Shown: positions 13,429-26,679, counted from the first letter of the whole stretch. The stretch: 62,720 nt of DNA, filler included, from Hausera hauseri (GCA_046269625.1; 10 parts of 10 records of this genome joined end to end with filler, not necessarily neighbours in it); one strand, 5' to 3'. Numbers and translations are program-made. The notes: generated from the sequence alone by a model not told the origin.

Positions 13429-14165
13429 CAGTGTTGTGCATAATTCAGAGACTACCAGGAGTTTTTCAATAAAATAAATTAAACTATTTTTGTTCACAAA
13501 ATTACACACGCAGGTATCCAAACATAGCTGTGAAATGTTGTGTAGACAACATATTTAATTGACCAATCAGATTCTTTGCTTAATTGATAAATTATGCACT
13601 TTCATACACATTTTTCATTATTCTAGTTAGTGCAAAAATGATCTCAACTTCAACTGAAAAGCGAGCAAATATTCTTCTCTTTAATGAGGAAGGTTACTCA
13701 CAGCACCAAATTAACAACCGATTTGATGTATTGAAGACTGGCGTGCAGAAAACATTGGCTCGAAATGCATCAACTTAGACAACAGATCCGCGAAAGCGCC
13801 CCGGACGACTTCGCAAAACAAATGTTCAAACTGACAACATGATACGTCGATTTGTGGTATCCATTCCAACAGCTTCAAGCTCATTCATCCAGTCACAACT
13901 GCCTCCAGAAACCAATATATGTACTTCTACTATTCTCTGCCGCTACATCACGGATTTCAACATTCGCAGTTTCAAACCACCTGCAAAACATCGATCATCT
14001 GAGAAGAACAAGAAAGACCGATTAAAGTTTTGCCACACATACCGCCATTGGACTGCAGATCAATAGGGCGAAGTGATGTTCAGCGACAAATCCTTATTTC
14101 GACAGTTTGTCCCGTACATTTCGTACGTCCATAAACCGCCTAATCAACGTTATAATTACCGATGA
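13429..14165 (+). mobile_element. Tc1-like element, 5' portion
   Basis: TA|CAGTG terminus, HTH region (EGYSQHQI, RKRPGR) and a VMFSDK remnant. Confidence 0.8.
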
Positions 14166-14453
14166 TCGATGCTATATGCAAAAAGTAAAAAAAAATCGAA
14201 TACTGTAAATGTTTTATAATCTAATAAAGAAAGGAAAGATAGGATATAAAATTAGATAAATCAATAACACTTACAACCATCATACGCAGATAACATTTGA
14301 ATTTAAACGGATATTAATGTTTAAATTCAATTCAAATTTAATTCAATAAATAGCCAATAGAAAGTCAGGAAATTCTGAAAAGGATGAAAATAAGACTCAT
14401 TTAATGAGTGAAGGAGATAATTGTTATACAAACTTTTATAATAAATCTCTTAT

Positions 14454-14553
14454 NNNNNNNNNNNNNNNNNNNNNNNNNNNNNNNNNNNNNNNNNNNNTTA
14501 ATTAATTAANNNNNNNNNNNNNNNNNNNNNNNNNNNNNNNNNNNNNNNNNNNN
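14454..14553. other. Artificial contig linker
   Basis: N44-TTAATTAATTAA-N44. Confidence 0.99.
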
Positions 14554-14599
14554 TGTTTACTTATTTCCTTCCCTAGCGGGTCGCCAATTCCTTTTCTTT

Positions 14600-15790
14600 C
14601 TGAGGTCCTTAGATCACGATCCACATACAGATCATTACGCTTAAATAGTTCGCTTCGTAATACTAGTACAAGATTCCCATCAGTATTTACTATCCCAAAT
14701 AGATACAGAGGCAATAACCTACAAAATCGTGGCATAATAATTTTGCATTACTTGCATAAAGTTGGACCTATCCCTATAAAACAGATCCTTGAACAACATT
14801 TTTCCACACCGAATTTTCTATCAAAACACAGAAACATGTTATTATCAGTTGCCCAAGGCTCTATCGTTCTTGAAATACTTAAACCACCCTTACCTATTTC
14901 CAAACTGTATGCGTCATCCTTTAAATCTATTTTACTAACAATAGACGTTTGGAATTCTTCCTCATTCAATATTCTAGTCAGAGAAGCCGCTTTTTATACA
15001 TAGAACTAGAATACGCTGATGTCGCAACCTGGCACCATTTTTTTGACATTTCTCCTAATGGTGGAATATCTTTCAATGAATTAGATTGGTTACCCCAATC
15101 CAAAATGCATCAAAACACTCCTATGTGCGAATCCCTCAGCCATATCCTATTGACCAAATTATTTTTGCTGGATACGCTTTAGCATTTTCAGGGAGCTCAC
15201 CCTTAGTGTTACATGTCTTCCTAGCTGACCTGCTAGTTGATCCAAAACACCCCTTAAATATACGATATAAGACTTATGTCCAGCCGAGAGAAAAGATAGA
15301 CAATGTAGACAAACATTGTCATGGAATTTCATTAGATGACCTTGAGATGGCACCTGATTACATAATTTGTAGAGCTCACATTCAACGAGCTGTATATGGT
15401 AGGATATTAGTCACCTTTGACCCTGAATTCTTTCTCAATCTTTGGCATATACCCCGTACTATATTGTTGGGGGCTATAGACCTTAATTATAGTCAGAACG
15501 AAATTAAACCTTTTCATACTTTGTATAAAACTCCGGAATACTTCATACCCAATAAGATGGATGCGGAATATATGGGATTCATTGTACATGACGTATACAA
15601 GGAAAGAAGACGTTTCAATTGGTTACTCCCACCATGGCACCCCCAATCCTTACCCGATATTCCCACAAAATTAACCCATGCCTCACTCTTATCGATACCA
15701 CATTGCAATTGGTTCCATATCTCTTTTTTTAGAAAACCCACCCTTAGCCGTTTCTTCAACGTCTCAAGCGGTACCTACGGATGCGGATAG
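14600..15790 (+). pseudogene. Retroelement accessory gene: unknown N-domain plus inactive REX4/ISG20-like (DEDDh-fold) exonuclease
   Basis: YKTYVQPREKIDNVDKHCHGISLDDLEMAPDY...VYGRILVTFD parallels REX4-family YDTYVKP...SGI..EHL..APDF...LKGRILVGH. The upstream HRNMLLSVAQGSI matches HQQLYIHVADGEI in ORF 25637-26635. Confidence 0.65.
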
Positions 15791-15999
15791 CACGGCAATG
15801 AATCTCCTGCCGATTAATCGATGTCATTTTGACACATTACAACAGGTAACTGAATCAAAAATCTCAATCACAGTTCAAACCGACCAGTCTTCCACATCTG
15901 ACGATTTTACTGCATGGACTGATTCTATTTCACTTTTATCACCCTAACTGTTCAATTATGTCATTGGTAGAAGATGGTACTTATAGACCCCCCCTTGTG

Positions 16000-17024
16000 T
16001 TGAGGCGTGTGAAATGCGAAAGGTGGGAATAATCCCACTGATTACTTTGTAATTACATTGTTGAGGATGCAAGATAATTATATTGAGTAGTAATTACATT
16101 TTTTTTGAAATCCTGCAACAACACAGGGACGAGATAATTAATTCTCAGAGTGACTGAATTGTATAATCTTTGCGGTTGTGTCGTTGTTGTCTTTTTTACG
16201 AGGTATAAATACTCGTATATTACATATTGTAACAGACCTTAATTTTATTGAATTCTTGTGTCAGCACTTGAAAGTTGTATTGCACAGAATATTGCGGTAT
16301 CATTTCAAATAGATTTATTGGCTTCTGTGAACTAGAACAGATCGTTGAGGGTATATCGAATTAGGGCAATCTACAAGTGGGTATTAATTTCGTTATTTTT
16401 TTATTTGTCTACGTTTTAATTGTCATTGTCCTTTTTTTATCCTAAGGCTCTAAAATAGTCCGTTTGTCAAAATCTGTGCATGCTAATAAGAAATTGTGGA
16501 CTATTTGATAAATTGCCATAATTTCTTATTGTGGTTGAAAATTTCTATTAGTGGTTGATAAATTATAAATTGATTGATTTTCTGTAAGTGAGCCTGGTTT
16601 TGATTAAAAATAAATTAACCTCGCTGTTTTGTCGGGTAAAGAATAGAGTGTACCTTGGTACTAGAAATAGAAATTGAACTTAGGTTAAACGTCAAAGCTA
16701 ATTCACGTGTCATTGTTTAGTACATAATTACGACTTTCATAAACCTTTTGAGGCTTCATTGAAATTGAGTAACTCGACACATTTGGCCATTCGAGTGCTC
16801 CACTTTTGCAAATTCTCTCGTATGCGATTGGGGAGTTCTCGCTTTGCCGATTTAGTCGCTTATCAGTATTTTAATTCAGCAAGATTTGTGAGATACGTAT
16901 TTGAACGAGTGATTGCAAAATTGTCTTCTTCTAATAATAACCAAATTGAATATAGAGTAAAACCAATTAATTATAATAAATTGGTCTTAGAATTGAGAGA
17001 CAACGAATAGACTTATAGCGAACA
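16000..17024 (+). repeat. 5' LTR (3' part) of a gypsy element; 5' boundary undefined
   Basis: TATAAAT at 16204, and the sequence ends ...GAACA at 17024, four nt before a PBS and gag. Confidence 0.6.
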
Positions 17025-17028
17025 ATTT

Positions 17029-17050
17029 TGGAGACCACGCCAGGACTCGA
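17029..17050 (+). promoter_or_regulatory. Primer-binding site (tRNA-Arg-like)
   Basis: TGGAGACCACGCCAGGACTCGA is the reverse complement of a tRNA 3' end (TCGAGT-CCTGG-CGTGGTC-T-CCA). The tRNA identity is inferred. Confidence 0.85.
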
Positions 17051-17201
17051 TTTTCGAATTTAAAATTTCTCTGGTCTGGCTAGTAAGTCAAAGAGGTCAT
17101 TTGACGAAAAGGTAGTTGTAAGTGAAAATATCGTAAGAAAAGTTACTGAACATAGTGCTAACACCCCTACAGAAGAGTTTAAATATTCGCAAGTACAGAG
17201 A

Positions 17202-20120
17202 ATGTCCACATCTGCAAACCTAAATTTAGGACGCTATTCTGGGAAAACCACAGAATTTCATGATTTTCTGTTAGTATGCGCAGCACAAACAGGCGGATTA
17301 GAATGGAATGTTAAGGAGAAAATTAAACGTTTAGTTTCACATTTGGAAGGAATTGCTTTACAAGCTTACTTGCAAATTGGGGAAAAGGAGAAAATGAATT
17401 GGGATAAATTTGTTGATGTACTTAGAAGAAACTTAAATCCAGATCCGTCCTCAAATGCAAAACTAAGAAGTCTACAATCTAGAGTCCAACTACCAGGAGA
17501 ATCTGTTAATAAATTTGCTTTCGCTCTTCAACTACTTGGCAAACGATACAAGGAAGCATTGGAAAAGGAAGATGCTGCCAAAGATGATAAAGGTGCACCT
17601 AAAGTTTTTGCAATGAAACCAATTTTAGTAGATTGTTTTATCACTGGACTTAATAACCCTAAACTCCAAAGAAAGCTAATTGAAAGTGATGTTTCTACTT
17701 TAAGTGAATTGGTAAGAAAAGCTATAAATTTTGAAAACGTAGAAAACAAATTAAATCAAATTAATCAAAACTCAGTTAATAACAATCAAATTTCAAGTAG
17801 TAACTTTAGACCTCAAAATCCAAATCAAAATTTTAGGCGATTTAACCAGGCTTGGCGAACTCTATCGTGGTCATATGGACAGGCCAATTGGCAAGTTCCT
17901 TCGATACCGCGTTGGGGTCGGCCTCGTTGGAATGTTGATACTAACCAGAAGGTTAGTCAAAATTTGTTTCCCAATATTGACCCAAATACCGTAAAATCAC
18001 CTATAAGAGCAAATTTACAACCACAAAGAATGGTTACTCCTATTAAAGACGTGGCTGCTGGAGCAAATTTGAACAGAACACAATGGGTTACTCCTCCGGA
18101 ACAGCAAAAACGATATCCCCTTAGATCACAAGTTATGCAGCAGTAGGCAATGGCATTTGAAAGGGACAAAGACAACTATAGAGGATCAATTCAGTGCAAC
18201 CAGTGCAAGAAATTTGGACAAATTGCCAAGTCCTGTCCAGAAGTTAAAAGGATCCCGGTATTAATGCCACCTTATATTCAACAACTTAAGCAGTGCAATG
18301 TTTGTGCACAATAAGGACATGTAGCTCGGAACTGTCCAACTCAGGTAAGTATAATGAACGAAAATAGATTTTGCTATCACTCTAATCAAATTGGACATGT
18401 TTGGAAGAAATGTCCATTGTTGGTAACCCATAATAAATTAACTCTTATGCAAAATAACCAGGATTTTGAGACACAATTGAATGATTCGGAAAACTATGAG
18501 AATTATAAGTGCTATGAAAATGCATGGAATCAAAGAGGAAGTGATGAGAGCAATGTTGAAAACTGTCATAATTCAAATAGTGTAAACGTAGAATTTGAAC
18601 TGAAACAATTGAGAGCCAAAAGGGATGAGATGCGCACCCAAGTGGATAGGTTAAAAGTATTACATGGGAATCAAGCTAGTATGTTTGGAGCGAAGAATAA
18701 GAAATTAAAAGAAATCCCTAAGAATGACAGTTATTGTAAGAAAATAGACTATCCAGAACAAATAAAAACTATTAAACAAATGATGTGTGATTATGGTTGC
18801 TTAGAAGAAATTAATCAGGATGACGATGATGATAATGAAATATTCAAATTTTGGGAAAATGAAGGGAAGAAGTTTATAAGTAAGTATGGCGATTGCTCAC
18901 AAAGAGCCAGTTGTAGTAACTGGTATTATCAAAATGAAAAGGAACCAAGTGCTGAATTAAACGCGGTCGAAATAAAATTGACCGAAGTGTCAAAAATAAA
19001 GGATGTTGAAAGTTTGTTGAAACATGAGTGTATCTATATTGCAAATGAATTAAATGAAAACTATCTAAGGGCACCACCCACTGATTCTAGTAGTGGAAGC
19101 GATGAAAATGTGATCATTGAATCCCATTTAAGCATGGTAATATTGGATAGTGAAAATAATGTTGAAAATTCTTTGATTGATATAGAATCAAATACGAATT
19201 TGGATGTAGTAACGGATAAAGAACCGGATTTTGGGAATTATAGTAAATATAGTAAAAGGATGGACGACAATGAACTGATGGAAGAATTGAACATTAAGGA
19301 GTTTGACATTCTAAGCGTACCCCGAAAAGTTGAGAAGATTAAGATTAAAAATATAGAAATAAGTAATGAATTGGAGAAATTGATTTGAATAAAAATTGAT
19401 AATGAATGTTTAAAAACTAATGAGGTAGATAAAATAGATATAAGTAGAAAGGCAAGTATGCCAGATGAATTAGGAATAAAATTATATGATAATGTAAAAG
19501 GTATAGATGTTAATATCTTGGAAGTTTCTGACGATATGAGCATGTTCGAAAAACAGTATTTAATGATCAGAGAAAACAAAGTAGATTCGGAAGGATCCGA
19601 AGATGAATATGATTTAAGAAACAGATTAGAGAAGTTAAAGGATGCAGAAAAATGACCAAAAAAGGTAGACTCACATAATTATGAAATTGTGAGAAATGTG
19701 AAATTAGTTAATGAGAATATAGAAATACAGATAAACACAGATAGTACTGAGATAAATAAAGTGAAGTTAGAAACGTTTCTGAAACAGTCTTTAAAGACAG
19801 GAAGTTTTGGCTTAAATGAAAAGATAGTAGAAGAGGAGAATGAAATAGCAAAACGGTTGAAGGTTAGACGATCTATTGATATTTTCCAAAAATACAAATG
19901 TAGTCACTGTTTTGATGCAATAATTAAGAAGATAAATGAATTTAGAAAAGTGCCCATGAATGAAGAACTTAATGTATTGAAAGTTAAGCGAATACGATAT
20001 TTAAAAGGATGTAATAATGTCTGTGAAGTAGAAATTGAATGCGTAAGACGAATTTTGGGTATTAATAAATTAAGTATAAAATTTGAAATGAATGTATCAG
20101 TGGAATTATTTATAAAGTTA
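17202..20120 (+). pseudogene. gag: Gag with three CCHC-type knuckles and a long E/N/K-rich extension; one frame with in-frame stops
   Basis: Capsid motif RVQLPGESVNKFAFAL...CFITGL. Knuckles CNQCKKFGQIAKSC, CNVCAQ*GHVARNC and CYHSNQIGHVWKKC. The ORFs at 17202, 18354, 19458 and 19689 all share one frame. Confidence 0.85.
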
Positions 20121-20220
20121 NNNNNNNNNNNNNNNNNNNNNNNNNNNNNNNNNNNNNNNNNNNNTTAATTAATTAANNNNNNNNNNNNNNNNNNNNNNNN
20201 NNNNNNNNNNNNNNNNNNNN
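20121..20220. other. Artificial contig linker
   Basis: N44-TTAATTAATTAA-N44. Confidence 0.99.
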
Positions 20221-21226
20221 AGGTCCAGAAAGATTATGTTTATATGAGAATGTTATTATTATATGAGTTTGTGAATTAAATTATGGATCACAAAAATACA
20301 ACTGTCAGTGACGCCAAATCACTCTACTGAACATAACGTCCTTCGTATTATCAAAGATCAAAACATATTTGATAGTCGGAAAACTACTAACAATGTCTCA
20401 AAAACCGACAAGGTTGATCCGGATTTATCGAGTGAGTTACACTCAATTTGGTCCGATTCTGTTGAAAGGATGTCTAAAATTCTTAATCTAAATATTTTGG
20501 AAAATATGAACAATTCCTTACTTCGAACAGATTTTATCGGTGATCGAATAACCGTTTATAAGTTGCAGTTTCGTCCGAATTTCGATAGATTAAATGAGTT
20601 CATTTTGTTAAAAGCTAAGCGCGTGCTTACTATTACTGATTAAAATGTGTCACGAGATACAAGGCAGAAATCTTATTCCAAGTTTCAGATGATGTTACGA
20701 TGATTATTTTCAGCAATCGTATTCAACACAGATCTACCGACGGAGTTAATCGCAAATATTTATCGCTGACAAAAATGAATATTGATATAAATATAACGAA
20801 GAAGGTTGAAAATGATAATATAGCAATTGATATTCACTATCAATGGAAAGACGTTAAAAGATCATAAGAACTTATTTACAAATGAAAACGAACTGGGGGT
20901 TTTCAAGTTTGAACTCATACTTAACGTGGAGTCATGGACTCACAAAACCGTTTCGTATAGTGATTTGAAATTACATTTTATAATTATTGTTTTGCTCTTT
21001 TCTTGTCTGCTGACGATAATTATATAAATTGTGTTTGCTAAAATCCTTATGTTTGAGTTGCCTCAAAAGATAAAAGGTGAACGAGGCGCCCCGGGGAGCG
21101 ACACCCCGAAACAAATGGTAGTTCATGGTTCAAAAAAGGATATACATGTTTTTGAATTAAGTAAATTTAACAAATTGAAAATTTTATTGTTTCGTAAATT
21201 ATCTGTAGATATCCGAATAAATAGTA

Positions 21227-22492
21227 CAGGGTGCGGCGCCAAAATCTGGAAAAATGATACGTTTTTCCAAATATATATTTTATTACAGAAACAAAAGGGT
21301 TTACAAATTTTTTTAACCACACATTTAGTCAATGTATCTCCCGCTTAATTGGATGACTGCTTCCATTTTCGATCTGAAGCGTGAGAATGTGCGCTTTAAT
21401 GTGTTACGGTCCATATCGGTGAATTCCTCTTCAATAGCGGCTCTCAATGATGCGACGTTTGGATGTCTGGACTTGTTCATGACCCTTTCAACTACGCCCC
21501 ATACATAGAAATCCAAAGGATTCAAATCTGGGCTGTGGAGAAGCCAGAATTCTTTCGACCGAAACATGTCGACGTTGTCCGACAACAAATTTTGCGCCAA
21601 ATGACTAGTGTGGACAGACGCACCGTCCTGCTGGAATACATACGACTTTTCAGACGATAGTTTCCATTCACGGTTTCACTACATTTGTCAAAACACGCAA
21701 ATAAACTTGTTTTGTGACATTTTCCCCTTTGTTAAAGAAATACGATGGCATGACATTATCCTCACACCTAGCACGAGAACATTCGCCGGAAAATTCGTTC
21801 TTGCAACAATGGGGACATCTTCAGGGTTGTGGACGAGCCAGCGGTCATTCCTTCGATTGATTTTCGCAGCCACAGTAAAAATTTTCTCATCAGAAAAAAA
21901 CATAAGTCATCCGGAAGCATTGTTTTTTTAATGAATACAAAAGCAGGTTGCAGCGTTCAACTCGCTTTGTCCTGGTGGCTTGGGAAAGCAACGGTGTCAC
22001 TTTAATTGTGTACGACATGTAGTGCAGGTTCGCCTTGATGATTCGATGCATAGTTTTCTCGCTCACATCAACAACCGACGACAATTTTTGGATCGACAGC
22101 CCTGGATGCTCAAAAATCAGCTTATGAACCAGTTGAATGATGTCGGGCGTCCTGACAACTCGCTCCTTCGAGTGGGTTTTCCTCTCCGGTATTGCGACAC
22201 CTTCGTTGGATTTATCCGACTCGTTGTACTTTGCGATAACATAATATACAGTCGATCTGGGGTACCCGAAGGACTGAATGATTTCTCTCGCCGAGCGTCC
22301 AGCGCGAACACTTGATAATCGCGGATCTTTCATTATGCTCCGGACTTGATTTCAACATTGCGACTGTTTCGAGGTTATGATGATTTAGTACATGCTTCAA
22401 GCCATTTGAATGCTAATCGCGACATCTACCAATGGTATAGAACAGTGAGCATTTCACACTCAATTTTGTCCGGATTTTGGTGCCGCACCCGG
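21227..22492 (-). mobile_element. maT/DD37D-type transposon, full length, decayed
   Basis: TIRs cagggtgcggcgccaaaatc / gattttggtgccgcacccgg with TA flanks. Motifs FFSDEKIFTV, QQDGA and SPDLNPLDFYVW. Confidence 0.93.
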
Positions 22493-22589
22493 TACATATA
22501 TACATAAACTGAAAGTTTGATTGTATGACATTAGTAGGTCTTTGTTATCTTTATTTAGATAGTAATATATTGTATATTATATTTATAGG

Positions 22590-23540
22590 TGATGGGAAAC
22601 AGAAACAATTGTTTGCAGTAGTTAAATAAAATATCATTACACTAAGTCAACACACAACCAAGTCAAAACAAGAAATTATCACAGAGTGCAATGTATCCCA
22701 AAAATCCGTTTTTCGAATACAACACAAGCGTCGTTTGAATGTCTCCCAGGAGGTGCAATCACGGTCTGGACGTCCTCGATGCACAACTACTACCACAGAC
22801 AGAAAAATTGGAAGAGAAGTGAAAAAAATCCATTTTTCAGCTTCGCAAATCAAGACTAGTCTGGCGTCCTTACTGGACAATGTTGCCATTCGCAAAATTC
22901 AACACCGTCTGCATTCTGATCTTCATATGCCGACACTTAAACCACGCCATAAGCCTCTCATTAGTGATTCTGCTTGCAGGAAACGATTGGGCTGGACCAT
23001 GGATGACTGGAAGAAAGTGACATTCAGCGATGAAAGCATGATCCTCCAGGTACAAGTTCATTTGATCCACGGTACACATACAAGACAGTGAAACACCCAC
23101 CTGGTCTTATGATCTGGGGTACATGCAACTGGTACGGGTCTGGTGCATTGACCTTTCTAGAAAGAGGGACAATTATGAATGCTGATAAATATATAGAAAT
23201 GCTGATGGGATTGAGGTTATGGACTGCCCAGGAAACAGTCCAGACCTCAATCCCATTGAAAACCTTTGGCACTTGTTGAAGATGCTACTGAAAGCTGCTG
23301 ATACAGTCAATCAACAGCATTTACGTCAAGCTATCAGCACTAATTGGACCAGCAACATCATGCAAAGGGAATGTCCAAAATTAATCGAGTCCCTCCATGG
23401 GCGAATTGCTAGAGTGCTTCAAAATAAAGGATTTCCCACTAAATACTGATTATCTGGTCTGTATCGCATTGATGATGTATTGATGCTTTTTGTAATTTAT
23501 TAAATGTTTCTCATTTGGACTTCACTTGTCTAAATTCATT
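22590..23540 (+). mobile_element. Tc1-like element, decayed and internally deleted
   Basis: SGRPR, TFSDES, MIWG, PGNSPDLNPIENLW and a KGFPTKY end. Confidence 0.88.
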
Positions 23541-24170
23541 TGTTAGTAGTTGAAGGTGGGCCCTATCCAACACCCAACTATAACAATGAGTAATTGCAAA
23601 ATTCAGATAATATTATTTGAGCAGGGAAGATCTAACGTTCTCGTTAGAATGTTTGCACTAGTTTAAGATGCGTGTACTGCGTGCAGTGATTGCGAAAATT
23701 ATAGTCCCTCGACTTAGCTATAAAGTTTAAGATGAATTTAATTCTTAATGTGGTACTAGTCCCTCGTAAGGAGCGACGGGAAAACTATAAGAGATTTTAA
23801 AAGCTAACAGTTTATTTCTAAATAAAAACAAAAATACCGTATCAACAGCAAAGATCAAAAATGGTGATATCAACAATATTCAACAGTTTCGAAAATCGTC
23901 AATTAATTGGTTCAATCCACCCAATAACTGGAGCTTGGTTACCAATCTGAGATTTGCAAAACAATCAACAATTTGTGACACTACCCATTCGTTCCACGAC
24001 TTTATATAGTAATTTGCCAGTTTATTTACACTTCATTCTTCGGACTAATTATCAATTATTAACCAATTTACGACCATTTTTAATTTACATTTTATAATTC
24101 CATTATCCGATTCTACATACAATTTCGCACTCTATTTACATTTTCTCAATTTCGCAATTATGACATGTTT
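23541..24170 (-). repeat. Probable 3' LTR of the cargo-bearing gypsy element (start not defined)
   Basis: Lies downstream of the RING ORF. Minus-strand TATATAAA at about 24000-24007. Ends ...CTAACA at 23541, where Tc1 sequence resumes. Confidence 0.5.
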
Positions 24171-24227
24171 ATTTATTTCCGTTCAGATTAACTTCAGTTT
24201 CGATTGCACTTTCGATTGTACTTTCGA

Positions 24228-26579
24228 TTATCTATATGCCAAGTCCGCTTCCGAATCTGCTTCGTTCGACGGCGATCGTGAGTCAATGTGGTAGGACGTA
24301 GTGGGTACTCCGGGGAATATTTCTATTATCTTTTTATTTTCTCCATTGGAATAATATCTTAACCTGGTAGCTTCAGCTCTGCATACTGGGCAGGTCGTTT
24401 TCCCATTTTTCAGGGTCCACGTTTCTAAGCAGTACCGGCAGTACTTGTGACTGCAATCTTTGTTGTCTAGGACTACGAATCCTTGATAGAGATCCGCGTC
24501 ACAAACAGGACATTATTTTTTTTCAGCCGCATCAATGTTCACAAGATTTTCATCAACTTCTATTCTCTCAAATACCAGCCCTTTCTTGTCTTGATATAAG
24601 TATCCGTGCAATCTTTTTTGATTTGGGTCTATCGAGCTTTTCCTTGAGTCATCGGATACTGCAACTAAGGTCCATTCGACAATTTCTTGTTTGTCCAAAT
24701 CGAGTACTCCAGTCTTCTTGTACTGTCTTTTTAGTTGAATCCTAACTTGGGTATCTACGGGAATTGTTAATCGGTTAGTGCCACTCTTTGATTGAAATAT
24801 CGGGGCTAGGTATCTGCCGATAGTATGGTCTTCTTTGGCATATCCGTTTCCACTCACTATCTGCCTTGGAACGGTAGATACATAAAATATAGCTTCTTTG
24901 ATTTTTCCCTTGCTATAGTATTCAGCCATGACGAGGATTCGTTTATATTCTTTTACTTGGCCAAATTCTGTGACGATAATTGGGGTATCTTCTTCCCAGT
25001 TCTTTCGAAGAACGTTAACTTCCGTTTTAGGGGCTTTGGGCTTAGTAATTTCTAGTTGGTTTTCTCTTTCTTCTTCCCATTTTTCTTGATTCGATATTCT
25101 TTTCTGATCATCCATGAGTTTCTCGGGAAGTAGGTTATCTGTCGCTGGGCCTTTGCTAGTCTTGCTTCTTTTTTGTTGATGTAGTCCAGGAAAGAGGTCT
25201 TTGTCTTTTGCCCCTTTGGTTTCTCTGAACTATCAGCTCCTATTATTATTTCTCCTTGAGCTTTACTGGTTGATGGTTTCTGTAGATTGGTTGAGACTTC
25301 TGGCTGGTCGTTATAGACTGTTATTCGAAATTGGTTATGTTCGCGGGTTTCGATCTGTCGATAACTAAGGTATTCACTAAACCCTTTTCGGAATTTCTGC
25401 AACAGTGCCTTGGGGTTGTTATCAGACATCGCATTTTGTATGGGGCTTCTGGGTTTTCATTCGTGCTCTCATCGTAATGAGTTGTAGATATCCTTTATAA
25501 ATTTGGTCCTTTGGCTGGCTGTCATTAGCTTAGGGAATTTGAACCGATCGTCATTCATGGCTTCTAGCATCGTCTTAAATTGTGATTCGCGGGATGCTGA
25601 CGGAAGCAGGCAGCCTCTTTTCCGCATTAACAAACTTTACACTTGGCTTACTACTGCTGGGTTCCGACTCAATTCGCGAATTCCGGCTATGTATTCCTGT
25701 CTGATTCCTAATCGTTCCAACGCTTCGTGTACTCGAAATCCGGTAACGACGTATCCGTATAAGCAATGGCTTATATCTTCTTGGATTTCCAAGAAATCTT
25801 TTCCTTTTTCGAGCTGCGGCTTCGTAATTCCAGTAACGTCGGGAAAAGTATCTTGTATCCTAACCCGAGGTGAGATTATTTTGCTTATGATTTCCTCTCC
25901 ATTGATATTTCTAATAGAGACCTCAATCGGAAAGTACCATCCGTCATCCTTTTCTCCATAGTTTACGGCCAATATCCGGGTATGTCGGCCATCTGGGACT
26001 AGTCTGTAGGATTCCCAATTTTGCTCTATTTCGTCTTCCGATGGTTTCTGTACATATAATAACGGGGATAGCAGCTTCATCATTTCTGTACGCCATGTCA
26101 TTTCGATCATGATTTTGGTCGGTAGGTCTGCAATACTGAGTTCCAGAGCATAATTCATAAGGCTATAGCAACATAGCTCATCGGTGCTAAATTTCCACTG
26201 TTGCCCCTTTTGCGTACTGCAGGACTGTCGTACGATCCTGTATTGGATTTCTCCATCAGCGACATGTATGTACAATTGCTGATGTGTCGGCTCATATGGG
26301 ATCAGATCCCTCAAGAGGTATGCTCGTGCATCCTCGGGATTTCTCATGGCATATAATCGGATCAATCTATTCTCTTCTAAACCACATTTTAGTCCGTTCG
26401 GTATTTTACTCTTTTGTTTGAAATCTACATAATTCTGGCTTTTCAAATTTTCTCCAATTTGTCGGTATAGGTTTTTAGATAACGGCTTGAGGACAGTGAC
26501 ATGCTGCTGCAAAAAATTATCGATATCGAAATTGGGACTGACTGATAAATTCTTCGCCTTCTCGGTCATACTTACTCTG
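24228..26579 (-). pseudogene. Accessory polyprotein: unknown N-domain, inactive REX4-like exonuclease, charged linker, unknown domain, C3HC4 RING
   Basis: ORFs 25637-26635, 25052-25429 and 24513-25115 are followed, past an in-frame TAA, by CPVC...CSHKYCRYC...W...CPVCR. Collinear with 47236-49698. Confidence 0.8.
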
Positions 26580-26679
26580 CTGAAAAATAAATAAAGATTA
26601 ATCCTAAGACAGATCATCGTTTTGAAACAAAACATTTTCTCTGTCTGATGATAGGATAACCATATCTGTAGTTGTCAGG

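Noticed and set aside
15990-16005. TG after a C-run as the LTR 5' start
   Set aside because: It is preceded by a pyrimidine run, not a polypurine tract, and no second LTR is available to confirm it.
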